Source of the DNA: the human T2T-CHM13v2.0 reference genome, Homo sapiens
Assembly: GCF_009914755.1 (NCBI RefSeq)
Contig: NC_060946.1
Length of the DNA: 64,000 bases
Direction: 5' to 3' (one strand)
This document shows positions 13,601-27,229 of the stretch, piece by piece. The notes beneath the pieces were generated by a model. It searched no databases. It had not been told where the DNA came from and saw only the letters and a list, made by a program, of their open reading frames with translations. Within the stretch, counting starts at the first letter, position 1. Every line of letters starts with the position of its first letter. A program made the position numbers and the translations under genes.

Positions 13601-16600
13601 TCACAAACAAGTTTATGAGAATGCTTCTGTCTAGTTTTTATTTGAAGATATTTCCTTTCTCACCATAGACCTGAAAGCTGTCCTAATGTTCACTTCCAGA
13701 TACTACAGAAAGAGTGTTTCAAAACTGCTGTACGAAAGGGAATGTTCAAATCTGTGGCTTGAATGCACATATCACAAAAAAGTTTCTGAGGATGCTGCTG
13801 TCTACTATTTATACGTAATCCCGTTTCCAACGAAATCCTCCAAGCTATCCAAATATCCACTTGCAGATTCCACAGAAAGACTGTTTCAAAACTGCTCTGT
13901 CAATAGAAAGGTTCAACTCTGTTAGCTGCGTGCATATATCCCAAAGCTGATTCTGAGATTGCTTCTGTCTAGTTTTTATGGGAAGATATTTCCCTTTTCA
14001 CCGTAGGCGTCAAGGCGCTCCAAATGTCCACTTCCAGATACCACAAAGAGTGTTTCAAACCTACTCTGTGAAAGGGAATATTCAACTCTGTGACTTGAAT
14101 GCAGATATCACAAAGAAGTTTCTGAGAATGCTTCTGTCGGGATTTTATATGAATATATTCACGTTTCCAACGAAATCCTGAAATCTATCCAAATATCCCC
14201 TCGCAGATTCTACAAAAAGAGTGTTTCAAAACTGCTCTGTAAAAAGAAAGGTTCAACTCTGTTAGTTGAGTACACACATCACAAACAAGTTTCACAGAAT
14301 GCTTCTTTCTAGCTTGTAGGGGAAGATATTTCCTTTATCACCATGGTCCTCAAGCCGTCCGAAAGGTCCACTTCCATATACTAAAAAAAGAGTGTTTGAA
14401 ACCTGCTCTATGAAATGCAATGTTCAACTCTGTGACTTGAATGCAGACATCACAGAGCCGTTTCTGAGAATGCTTCTGTCCAGACTTTATAGGAAGATAT
14501 TCCCGTTTCCAAAGAAATCTTCACAGCTATCCAAATATACACTTGCAGATACTGCAAAAAGAGTGTATCAAAAATGCTCTGTCAAAAGGAAAGTTCTTCT
14601 CTGCTAGTTGAGTACATACGTCATAAAGAAGTTTCTGAGAATGTTTCTGTCTAGTGGTTATGGGAAGATATTTGCTTTTTCCCCTTAAGCCTCACAGCGC
14701 TTCAAATGTCCACTTGCACATACTACAAAAAGAGTGCTTCAAAGCTGCTCTCTGAAAGGGAATGTTCAACTCTATGAGTTGAATGCAAACATCACAAAGA
14801 CGTTTCTGAGAATGCTTCTGTCTAGATTTGATATGAAGATATTCCCGTTTCCAACGAAATATTCAAATCTATCCAAATGTCCACTTGCAGATTCAACAGA
14901 GTGTTTTTCAAAACTGCTGTATCAAAAGAAAGATCCAACTCTGTTAGCTGAGTTCACACTTAACAAACAAGTTTATCAGAATTCTTCTGTCTAGTTTTTA
15001 TTTGAAGATATCTCCTTTCTCACTATAGACCTGAAAGCTCTCCTAAAGTTCACTTCTAGATACTACAGAAAGAGTGTTTCAAAACTGCTGTACGAAAGGG
15101 AATGTTCAACTCTGTGAGTTGAATGCACACATCACAAAGAAGTTTCTGAGGATGCTGCTGTCTACTTTTTATACGTAATCCCGTTTCCAACGACATCCTC
15201 CAAGCTATCCAAATATCCACTTGCAGATTCCACAGAAAGACTGTTTCAAAACTGCTCTGTCAATAGAAAGGTTCAACTCTGTTAGCTGCGTGCATATATC
15301 CCAAAGAAGATTCTGAGATTGCTTCTGTCTAGTTTTTATGGGAAGATATTTCCCTTTTCACCGTAGGCGTCAAGGCGCTCCAAATGTCGACTTCCAGATA
15401 CTACAAAAAGAGTGTTTCAAACCTACTCTGTGAAAGGGAATATTCATCTCTGTGACTTGAATGCAGATATCACAAAGAAGTTTCTGAGAATGCTTCTGTC
15501 GAGATTTTATATGAAGATATTCCCGTTTCCAAAGAAATCCTGAAATCTATCCAAATATCCCCTCGCAGATTCTACAAAAAGAGTGTTTCAAAACTGCTCT
15601 GTAAAAAGAAAGGTTCAACTCTGTTAGTTGAGTACACACATCACAAACAAGTTTCACAGAATGCTTCTTTCTAGCTAGTAGGGGAAGATATTCCCTTTAT
15701 CACCATGGGCCTTAAACCGTCAGAAACGTCCACTTCCATATACTACAAAAAGTGCGTTTCAAACCTGCTCTATGAAAGGCAATGTTCAACTCTGTGACTT
15801 GAATGCAGACATCACAGAGCAGTTTCTGAGAATGCTTCTGTCTAGATTTTATAGGAAGATATTCCCGTTTCCAACGAAATCTTCACAGCTATCCAAATAT
15901 CCACTTGCAGATTCTACAAAAAGAGTGTATCAAAACTGCTCTGTCAAAAGGAAGGTTCTTCTCTGTTAGGTGAGTGCATACGTCATAAAGGAGTTTCTGA
16001 GAATGTTTCTGTCTAGTGGTTATGGGAAGATATTTGCTTTTTCACCGTAGGCCTCAGAGCGCTCAAAATATCCACTTGCACATACTACAAAAAGAGTGCT
16101 TCAAAGCTGCTCTCTGAAACGGAATGTTCAACTCTATGAGTTGAATGCAAACATCACAAAGACGTTTCTGAGAATGCTTCTGTCTAGATTTGATATGAAG
16201 ATATTCCCGTTTCCAACGAAATCTTCAAATCTATCCAAATGTCCACTTGCAGATTCAACAAAAAGTGTTTTTCAGAACTGCTCTATCAAAGAAAGATCCA
16301 CCTCTGTTAGCTGAGTTCACACATCACAAACAAGTTTATGAGAATGTTTCTGTCTAGTTTTTATTTGAAGATATTTCCTTTCTCACCATAGACCTGAAAG
16401 CTGTCCTAATGTTCACTTCCAGATACTACAGAAAGAGTGTTTCAAAACTGCTGTACGAAAGGGAATGTTCAACACTGTGACTTGAATGCACACATCACAA
16501 AGAAGTTTCTGAGGATGCTGCTGTCTACTTTTGATACGTAATCCCGTTTCCAACGAAATCCTCCAAGCTATCCAATTATCCACTTGCAGATTCCACAGAA

Positions 16601-19090
16601 AGACTGTTTCAAAACTGCTCTGTCAATAGAAAGGTTCAACTCTGTTAGCTGCGTGCATATATCCCAAAGAAGATTCTGAGATTGCTTCTGTCTAGTTTTT
16701 ATGGGAAGATATTTCCCTTTTCACCGTAGGCGTCAAGGCGCTCCAAATGTCCACTTCCAGATACTACAAAAAGAGTGTTTCAAACCTACTCTGTGAAAGG
16801 GAATATTCAACTCTGTGACTTGAATGCACATATCACAAAGAAGTTTCTGAGAATGCTTCTGTCGAGATTTTCTATGAAGATATTCCCGTTTCCAACGAAA
16901 TCCTGAAATCTATCCAAATATCCCCTCGCAGATTCTACAAAAAGAGTGTTTCAAAACTGCTCTGTAAAAAGAAAGGTTCAACTCTGTTAGTTGAGTACAC
17001 ACATCACAAACAAGTTTCACAGAATGCTTCTTTCTAGCTAGTAGGGGAAGATATTCCCTTTATCACCATGGGCCTCACACCGTCCGAAACGTCCACTTCC
17101 ATATACTACAAAAAGAGCGTTTCAAACCTGCTCTATGAAAGGCAATGGTCAACTCTGTGACTTGAATGCAGACATCACAGAGCAGTTTCTGAGAATGCTT
17201 CTGTCTAGATTTTATAGGAAGATATTCCCGTTTCCAACGAAATCTTCACAGCTATCCAAATATCCACTTGCAGATTCTACAAAAAGAGTGTATCAAAACT
17301 GCGCTGTCAAAAGGAAGGTTCTTCTCTGTTAGGTGAGTGCGTACGTCATAAAGGAGTTTCTGAGAATGTTTCTGTCTAGTGGTTATGGGAAGATATTTGC
17401 TTTTTCACCGTAGGCCTCAGAGCGCTCCAAATATCCACTTGCACATACTACAAAAAGAGTGCTTCAAAGCTGCTCTCTGAAACGGAATGTTCAACTCTAT
17501 GAGTTGAATGCAAACATCACAAAGACGTTTCTGAGAATGCTTCTGTCTAGATTTGATATGAAGATATTCCCGTTTCCAACGAAATCTTCAAATCTATCCA
17601 AATGTCCACTTGCAGATTCAACAAAAAGTGTTTTTCAGAACTGCTCTATCAAAAGAAAGATCCACCTCTGTTAGCTGAGTTCACACATCACAAACAAGTT
17701 TATGAGAATGTTTCTGTCTAGTTTTTATTTGAAGATATTTCCTTTCTCACCATAGACCTGAAAGCTGTCCTAATGTTCACTTCCAGATACTACAGAAAGA
17801 ATGTTTCAAAACTGCTGTACGAAAGGGAATGTTCAACTCTGTGACTTGAATGCACACATCACAAAGAAGATTCTGAGAATGCTGCTGTCTACTTTTTATA
17901 CGTAATCCCCTTTCCAACGAAATCCTCCAAGCTATCCAAATATCCACTTGCAGATTCCACAGAAAGACTGTTTCAAAACTGCTCTGTCAATAGAAAGTTT
18001 CAACTCTGTTAGCTGCGTGCATATATCCCAAAGAAGATTCTGAGATTGCTTCTGTCTAGTTTTTATGGGAAGATATTTCCCTTTTCACCGTAGACGTCAA
18101 GGCGCTCCAAATGTCCACTTCCAGATACTACAAAAAGAGTGTTTCAAACCTACTCTGTGAAAGGGAATATTCAACTCTGTGACTTGAATGCAGATATCAC
18201 AAAGAAGTTTCTGAGAATGCTTCTGTCGAGATTTTATATGAAGATATTCCCGTTTCCAACGAAATCCTGAAATCTATCCAAATATCCCCTCGCAGATTCT
18301 ACAAAAAGAGTGTTTCAAAACTGCTCTGTAAAAAGAAAGGTTCAACTCTGTTAGTTGAGTACACACATCACAAACAAGTTTCACAGAATGCTTCTTTCTA
18401 GCTAGTAGGGGAAGATATTCCCTTTATCACCATGGGCCTTAAACCGTCCGAAACGTCCACTTCCATATACTACAAAAAGAGCGTTTCAAACCTGCTCTAT
18501 GAAAGGCAATGTTCAACTCTGTGACTTGAATGCAGACATCACAGAGCAGTTTCTGAGAATGCTTCTGTCTAGATTTTATAGGAAGATATTCCCGTTTCCA
18601 ACGAAATCTTCACAGCTATCCAAATATCCACTTGCAGATTCTACAAAAAGAGTGTATCAAAACTGCTCTGTCAAAAGGAAGGTTCTTCTCTGTTAGGTGA
18701 GTGCGTACGTCATAAAGGAGTTTCTGAGAATGTTTCTGTCTAGTGGTTATGGGAAGATATTTGCTTTTTCACCATAGGCCTCAGAGTGCTCAAAATATCT
18801 ACTTGCACATACTACAAAAAGAGTGCTTCAAAGCTGCTCTCTGAAAGGGAATGTTCAACTCCATGAGTTTAATTGAAACATCACAAAGACGTTTCTGAGA
18901 ATTCTTCTGTCTAGATTTGATATGAAGATATTCCCGTTTCCAACGAAATCTTCAAATCTATCCAAATGTCCACTTGCAGATTCAACAAAAAGTGTTTTTC
19001 AGAACTGCTCTATCAAAAGAAAGATCCACCTCTGTTAGCTGAGTTCACACATCACAAACAAGTTTATGAGAATGCTTCTGTCTAGTTTTT

Positions 19091-20796
19091 ATTTGAAGAT
19101 ATTTCCTTTCTCACCATAGACCTGAAAGCTGTCCTAATGTTCACTTCCAGATACTACAGAAAGAGTGTTTCAAAACTGCTGTACGAAAGGGAATGTTCAA
19201 CTCTGTGACTTGAATGCACACATCACAAAGAAGTTTCTGAGGATGCTGCTGTCTAATTTTTATACGTAATCCCGTTTCCAACGAAATCCTCAAAGCTATC
19301 CAAATATCCACTTGCAGATTCCACAGAAAGACTGTTTCAAAACTGCTCTGTCAATAGAAAGGTTCAACTCTGTTAGCTGCGTGCATATATCCCAAAGAAG
19401 ATTCAGAGATTGCTTCTGTCTACTTTTTATGGGAAGATATTTCCGTATTCACCGTAGGCGTCAAGGCGCTCCAAATGTCCACTTCCAGATACTACATAAA
19501 GAGTGTTTCAAACCTACTCTGTGAAAGGGAATATTCAACTCTGTGACGGGAATGCAGATATCACAAAGAAGTTTCTGAGAATGCTTCTGTCGAGATTTTA
19601 TATGAAGATATTCCCGTTTCCAACGAAATCCTGAAATCTATCCAAATATCCCCTCGCAGATTCTACAAAAAGAGTGTTTCAAAACTGCTCTGTAAAAAGA
19701 AAGGTTCAACTCTGTTAGTTGAGTACACACATCACAAACAAGTTTCACAGAATGCTTCTTTCTAGCTTGTAGGGGAAGATATTTCCTTTATCACCATGGG
19801 CCTCAAACCGTCCGAAACGTCCACTTCCATATACTACAAAAAGAGCGTTTCAAACCTGCTCTATGAAAGGCAATGTTCAACTCTGTGACTTGAATGCAGA
19901 CATCACAGAGCAGTTTCTGAGAATGCTTCTGCCTAGACTTTATAGGAAGACATTCCCGTTTCCAACGAAATCTTTACAGCTATCCAAATATCCACTTGCA
20001 GATACTACAAAAAGAGTGTATCAAAAATGCTCTGTCAAATTGAATGTTCTTCTCTGCTAGTTGAGTACATACGTCATAAAGAAGTTTCTGAGAATGTTTC
20101 TGTCTAGTGGTTATGGGAAGATATTTGCTTTTTCCCCGTAGGCCTCATAGCGCTCCAAATGTCCACTTGCACATATTACAAAAAGAGTTCTTCAAAGCTG
20201 CTCTCTGAAAGGGAATATTCAACTCTATGAGTTGAATGCAAACATGACAAAGACGTTTCTGAGAATGCTTCTGTCTAGATTTGATATGAAGATATTCCCG
20301 TTTCCAAAGAAATCTTCAGAGCTATCCAAATATCCACTTGCAGATTCTACAAAAAGAGTGTATCAAAAATGCTCTGTCAAAAGGTAGGTTCTTCTCTGTT
20401 AGTTGAGTACATACGTCAGAAAGAAGTTTCTGAGAATGTTTCTGTCTAGTGGTTACGGGAAGATATTTGCTTTTTCCCCGTAGGGCTCAAAGCGCTCCAA
20501 ATGTCCACTTGCACATACTACAAAAACAGTGCTTCAAAGCTGCTCTCTGAAAGGGAATGTTCAACACTATGAGTTGAATGCAAACATCACAAAGACGTTT
20601 CTGAGAATGCTTCTGTCTAGATTTGAAATGAACATATTCTCGTTTTCAACGAAATCTTCAAATCTATCCAAATGTCTACTTGCAGATTCAACAAAAAGTG
20701 TTTTTCAAAACTGCTGTGTCGAAAGAAAGATCCACCTCTGTTAGCTGAGTTCACACTTCACAAACAAGTTTATCAGAATGCTTCTGTCTAGTTTTT
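19091..20796 (-). repeat. 10-monomer HOR structural variant (1706 bp; one dimer duplicated)
   Basis: Landmark spacing 18823 to 20529 = 1364 + 342. The tagtggtta(t/c)gggaagatatttgc monomer occurs twice (~20105 and ~20447), with a hybrid junction at ~20290-20318. Confidence 0.92.
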
Positions 20797-23700
20797 ATTT
20801 GAAGATATATCCTTTCTCACCATAGACCTGGAAGCTCTCCTAATGTTCACTTCCAGATACTACAGAAAGAGTGTTTCAAAACTGCTGTACGAAAGGGAAT
20901 GTTCAACTCTGTGACTTGAATGCACACATCACAAAGAATTTTCTGAGAATGCTGCTGTCTACTTTTTATACGTAATCCCGTTTCCAACGAAATCCTCCAA
21001 GCTATCCAAATATCCACTTGCAGATTCCAGAGAAAGACTGTTTCAAAACTGCTCTGTCAATAGAAAGGTTCAACTCTGTTAGCTGCGTGCATATATCCCA
21101 AAGAAGATTCTGAGATTGCTTCTGTCTAGTTTTTATGGGAAGATATTTCCTTTTTCACTGTAGGCGTCAATGCGCTCCAAATGTCCACTTCCAGATACTA
21201 CAAAAAGAGTGTTTCAAACCTACTCTGTGAAAGGGAATATTCAACTCTGTGACTTGAATGCAGATATCCCAAAGAAGTTTCTGAGAATGCTTCTGTCGAG
21301 ATTTTATATGAAGATATTCCCGTTTCCAACGAAATCCTGAAATCTATCCAAATATCCCCTTGCAGATTCTACAAAAAGAGTGTTTCAAAACCGCTCTGTA
21401 AAAAGAAAGGTTCAACTCTGTTAGCTGAGTACACACATCACAAACAAGATTCACAGAATGCTTCTTTCTAGCTTGTAGGGGAAGATATTTCCTTTATCAC
21501 CATGGGCCTCAAACCGTCCGAAACGTCCACTTCCATATACTACAAAAAGAGCATTTCAAAACTGCTCTATGAAAGGCAATGTTCAACTCTGTGACTTGAA
21601 TGCAGACATCACAGAGCAGTTTCTGAGAATGCTTCTGTCCAGACTTTATAGGAAGATATTCCCGTTTCCAACGAAATCTTCACAGCTATCCAAATATCCA
21701 CTTGCAGATAGTACAAAAAGAGTGTATCAAAAATGCTCTGTCAAAAGGAAAGTTCTTCTCTGCTAGTTGAGTACATACGTCATAAAGAAGTTTCTGAGAA
21801 TGTTCCTGTCTAGTGGTTATGGGAAGATATTTGCTTTTTCCCTGTAGGCCTCAAAGCGCTCCAAATGTCCACTTGCACATACTACAAAAAGAGTGCTTCA
21901 AAGCTGCTCTCTGAAAGGGAATGTTCAACTCTATGAGTTGAATGCTAACATCACAAAGACGTTTCTGAGAATGCTTCTGTCTAGATTTAATATGAAGATA
22001 TTCCCGTTTCCAACGAAATCTTCAAATCTATCCAAATGTCCACTTGCAGATTCAACAAAAAGTGTTTTTCAGAACTGCTCTATCAAAAGAAAGATCCACC
22101 TCTGTAAGCTGAGTTCACACATCACAAACAAGTTTATGAGAATGCTTCTGTCTAGTTTTTATTTGAAGATATTTCCTTTCTCACCATAGACCTGAAAGCT
22201 GTCCTAATGTTCACTTCCAGATACTACAGAAAGAGTGTTTCAAAACTGCTGTACGAAAGGGAATGTTCAACTCTGTGACTTGAATGCACACATCCCAAAG
22301 AAGTTTCTGAGGATGCTGCTGTCTACTTTTTATACGTAATCCCGTTTCCAACGAAATCCTCCAAGCTATCCAAATATCCACTTGCAGATTCCACAGAAAG
22401 ACTGTTTCAATACTGCTCTGTCAATAGAAAGGTTCAACTCTGTTAGCTGCGTGCATATATCCCAAAGAAGATTCTGAGATTGCTTCTGTCTAGTTTTTAT
22501 GAGAAGATATTTCCCTTTTCACCATAGGCGTCAAGGCGCTCCAAATGTCCACTTCCAGATACTACAAAAAGAGTGTTTCAAACCTACTCTGTGAAAGGGA
22601 ATATTCAACTCTGTGACTTGAATGCAGATATCACAAAGAAGTTTCTGAGAATGCTTCTGTCGAGATTTTATGTGAAGATACTCCCGTTTCCAACGAAATC
22701 CTGAAATCTATCCAAATATCCCCTCGCAGATTCTACAAAAAGAGTGTTTCAAAACTGCTCTGTAAAAAGAAAGGTTCAACTCTGTTAGTTGAGTACACAC
22801 ATCACAAACAAGTTTCACAGAATGCTTCTTTCTAGCTTGTAGGGGAAGATATTCCCTTTATCACCATGGGCCTCAAACCATCCGAAAGGTCCACTTCAAT
22901 ATACTACAAAAAGAGCGTTTCAAACCTGCTCTAGGAAAGGGAATGTTCAACTCTGTGACTTGAATGCAGACATCACAGAGCAGTTTCTGAGAATGCTTCT
23001 GTCTAGATTTTATAGGAAGATATTCCCGTTTCCAACGAAATCTTCACAGCTATCCAAATATCCACTTGCAGATTCTACAAAAAGAGTGTATCAAAACTGC
23101 TCTGTCAAAAGGAAGGTTCTTCTCTGTTAGGTGAGTGCATACGTCATAAAGGAGTTTCTGAGAATGTTTCTGTCTAGTGGTTATGGGAAGATATTTGCTT
23201 TTTCACCGCAGGCCTCACAGCGCTCCAAATATCCACTTGCACATACTACAAAAAGAGTGCTTCAAAGCTGCTCTCTGAAACGGAATGTTCAACTCTATGG
23301 GTTGAATGCAAACATCACAAAGACGTTTCTGAGAATGCTTCTCTCTAGATTTGATATGAAGATATTCCCGTTTCCAAAGAAATCTTCAAATCTATCCAAA
23401 TGTCCACTTGCAGATTCAACAAAAAGTGTTTTTCAGAACTGCTCTATCAAAAGAAAGATCCACGTCTCTTAGCTGAGTTCACACATCACAAACAAGTTTA
23501 TGAGAATGCTTCTGTCTAGTTTTTATTTGAAGATATTTCCTTTCTCACCATAGACCTGAAAGCTGTCCTAATGTTCACTTCCAGATACTACAGAAAGAGT
23601 GTTTCAAAACTGCTGTACGAAAGGGAATGTTCAACTCTGTGACTTGAATGCACACATCACAAAGATGTTTCTGAGGATGCTGCTGTCTACTTTTTATACG

Positions 23701-26700
23701 TAATCCCGTTTCCAACGAAATCCTCCAAGCTATCCAAATATCCACTTGCAGATTCCACAGAAAGACTGTTTCAAAACTGCTCTGTCAATAGAAAGGTTCA
23801 ACTCTGTTAGCTGCGTGCATATATCCCAAAGAAGATTCTGAGATTGCTTCTGTCTACTTTTTATGAGAAGATATTTCCCTTTTCACCGTAGGCGTCAAGG
23901 CGCTCCAAATGTCCACTTCCAGATACTACAAAAAGAGTGTTTCAAACCTACTCTGTGAAAGGGAATATTCAACTCTGTGACTTGAATGCACATATCACAA
24001 AGAAGCTTCTGAGAATGCTTCTGTCGAGATTTTATATGAAGATATTCCCGTTTCCAACGAAATCCTGAAATCTATCCAAATATCCCCTCGCAGATTCTAC
24101 AAAAAGAGTGTTTCAACACTGCTCTGTAAAAAGAAAGGTTCAACTCTGTTAGTTGAGTACACACATCACAAACAAGTTTCACAGAATGCTTCTTTCTAGC
24201 TTGTAGGAGAAGATATTCCCTTTATCACCATGGGCCTCAAACCGTCCGAAACGTCCACTTCCATATACTAAAAAAAGAGTGTTTCAAACCTGCTCTATGA
24301 AAGGCAATGTTCAACTCTGTGACTTGAATGCAGACATCACAGAGCAGTTTCTGAGAATGCTTCTGTCCAGACTTTATAGGAAGATATTCCCGTTTCCAAC
24401 GAAATCTTCACAGCTATCCAAATATCCACTTGCAGATAGTACAAAAAGAGTGTATCAAAACTGCTCTGTCAAAAGGAAGGTTCTTCTCTGTTAGTTGAGT
24501 ACATACGTCATAAAGAAGTTTCTGAGAATGTTTCTGTCTAGTGGTTATGGGAAGATATTTGCTTTTTCACCTTAGGCCTCAGAGCGCTCCATATATCCCC
24601 TTGCACATACTACAAAAAGAGTGCTTCAAAGCTGCTCTCTGAAACGGAATGTTCAACTCTATGGGTTGAATGCAAACATCACAAAGACGTTTCTGAGAAT
24701 GCTTCTGTCTAGATTTGATATGAAGATATTCCCGTTTCCAAAGAAATCTTCAAATCTATCCAAATGTCCACTTGCAGATTCAACAAAAAGTGTTTTTCAG
24801 AACTGCTCTATCAAAAGAAAGATCCACGGCTCTTATCTGAGTTCACACATCACGAACAAGTTTATGAGAATGCTTCTGTCTAGTTTTTATTTGAAGATAT
24901 TTCCTTTCTCACCATAGACCTGAAAGCTGTCCTAATGTTCACTTCCAGATACTACAGAAAGAGTGTTTCAAAACTGCTGTACGAAAGGGAGTGTTCAACT
25001 CTGTGACTTGAATGCACACATCACAAAGAAGTTTCTGAGGATGCTGCTGTCTACTTTTTATACGTAATCCCGTTTCCAACGAAATCCTCCAAGCTATCCA
25101 AATATCCACTTGCAGATTCCACAGAAAGACTGTTTCAAAACTGCTCTGTCAATAGAAAGGTTCAACTCTGTTAGCTGCGTGCATATATCCCAAAGAAGAT
25201 TCTGAGATTGCTTCTGTCTAGTTTTTATGGGAAGATATTTCCCTTTTCACCGTAGGTGTCAAGGCGCTCAAAATGTCCACTTCCAGATACTACAAAAAGA
25301 GTGTTTCAAACCTACTCTGTGAAAGGGAATATTCAACTCTGTGACTTGAATGCAGATATCACAAAGAAGTTTCTGAGAATGCTTCTGTCGAGATTTTATA
25401 TGAAGATATTCCCGTTTCCAACGAAATCCTGAAATCTATCCAAATATCCCCTCGCAGATTCTACAAAAAGAGTGTTTCAAAACTGCTCTGTAAAAAGAAA
25501 GGTTCAACTCTGTTAGTTGAGTACACACATCACAAACAAGTTTCACAGAATGCTTCTTTCTAGCTTGTAGGGGAAGATATTCCCTTTATCACCATGGGCC
25601 TCAAACCGTCCGAAACGTCTACTTCCATATACTACAAAAAGAGCGTTTCAAACCTACTCTATGAAAGGCAATGTTCAACTCTGTGACTTGAATGCAGACA
25701 TCACAGAGCAGTTTCTGAGAATGCTTCTGTCTGGATTTTATAGGAAGATATTCCCGTTTCCAACGAAATCTTCACAGCTATCCAAATATGCACTTGCATA
25801 TTCTACAAAAAGAGTGTATCAAAACTGCTCTGTCAAAAGCAAGGTTCTTCTCTGTTAGTTGAGTACATACGTCATAAAGGAGTTTCTGAGAATGTTTCTG
25901 TCTAGTGGTTATGGGAAGATATTTGCTTTTTCACCTTAGGCCTCAGAGCGCTCCAAATATCCCCTTGCACATACTACAAAAAGAGTGCTTCAAAGCTGCT
26001 CTCTGAAAGGGAATCTTCAACTCTATGAGTTGAATGCAAACATCACAAAGACGTTTCTGAGAATGCTTCTGTCTAGATTTGATATGAAGATATTCCCGTT
26101 TCCAACGAAATCTTCAAATCTATCCAAATGTCCACTTGCAGATTCAACAAAAAGTGTTTTTCAGAACTGCTCTATCAAAAGAAAGATCCACCTCTGTTAG
26201 CTGAGTTCACACATCACAAACAAGTTTATGAGAATGCTTCTGTCTAGTTTTTATTTGAAGATATTTCCTTTCTCACCATAGACCTGAAAGCTGTCCTAGT
26301 GTTCACTTCCAGATACTACAGAAAGAGTGTTTCAAAACTGCTGTACGAAAGGGAATGTTCAACTCTGTGACTTGAATGCACACATCACAAAGAAGTTTCT
26401 GAGGATGCTGCTGTCTACTTTTTATACGTAATCCCGTTTCCAACGAAATCCTCCAAGCTATCCAAATATCCACTTGCAGATTCCACAGAAAGACTGTTTC
26501 AAAACTGCTCTGTCAATAGAAAGGTTCAACTCTGTTAGCTGCGTGCATATATCCCAAAGAAGATTCTGAGATTGCTTCTGTCTACTTTTTATGAGAAGAT
26601 ATTTCCCTTTTCACCGTAGGCGTCAAGGCGCTCCAAATGTCCACTTCCAGATACTACAAAAAGAGTGTTTCAAACCTACTCGTGAAAGGGAATATTCAAC

Positions 26701-27229
26701 TCTGTGACTTGAATGCACATATCACAAAGAAGCTTCTGAGAATGCTTCTGTCGAGATTTTCTATGAAGATATTCCCGTTTCCAACGAAATCCTGAAATCT
26801 ATCCAAATATCCCCTCGCAGATTCTACAAAAAGAGTGTTTCAAAACTGCTCTGTAAAAAGAAAGGTTCATCTCCGTTAGTTGAGTACACACATCACAAAC
26901 AAGTTTCACAGAATGCTTCTTTCTAGCTTGTAGGGGAAGATATTCCCTTTATCACCATGGGCCTCAAACCGTCCGAAACGTCCACTTCCATATACTACAA
27001 AAAGAGCGTTTCAAACCTGCTCTAGGAAAGGCAATGTTCAACTCTGTGACTTGAATGCAGACATCACAGAGCAGTTTCTGAGAATGCTTCTGTCTAGATT
27101 TTATAGGAAGATATTCCCGTTTCCAACGAAATCTTCACAGCTATCCAAATATCCACTTGCAGATTCTACAAAAAGAGTGTATCAAAACTGCTCTGTCAAA
27201 AGGAAGGTTCTTCTCTGTTAGTTGAGTAC

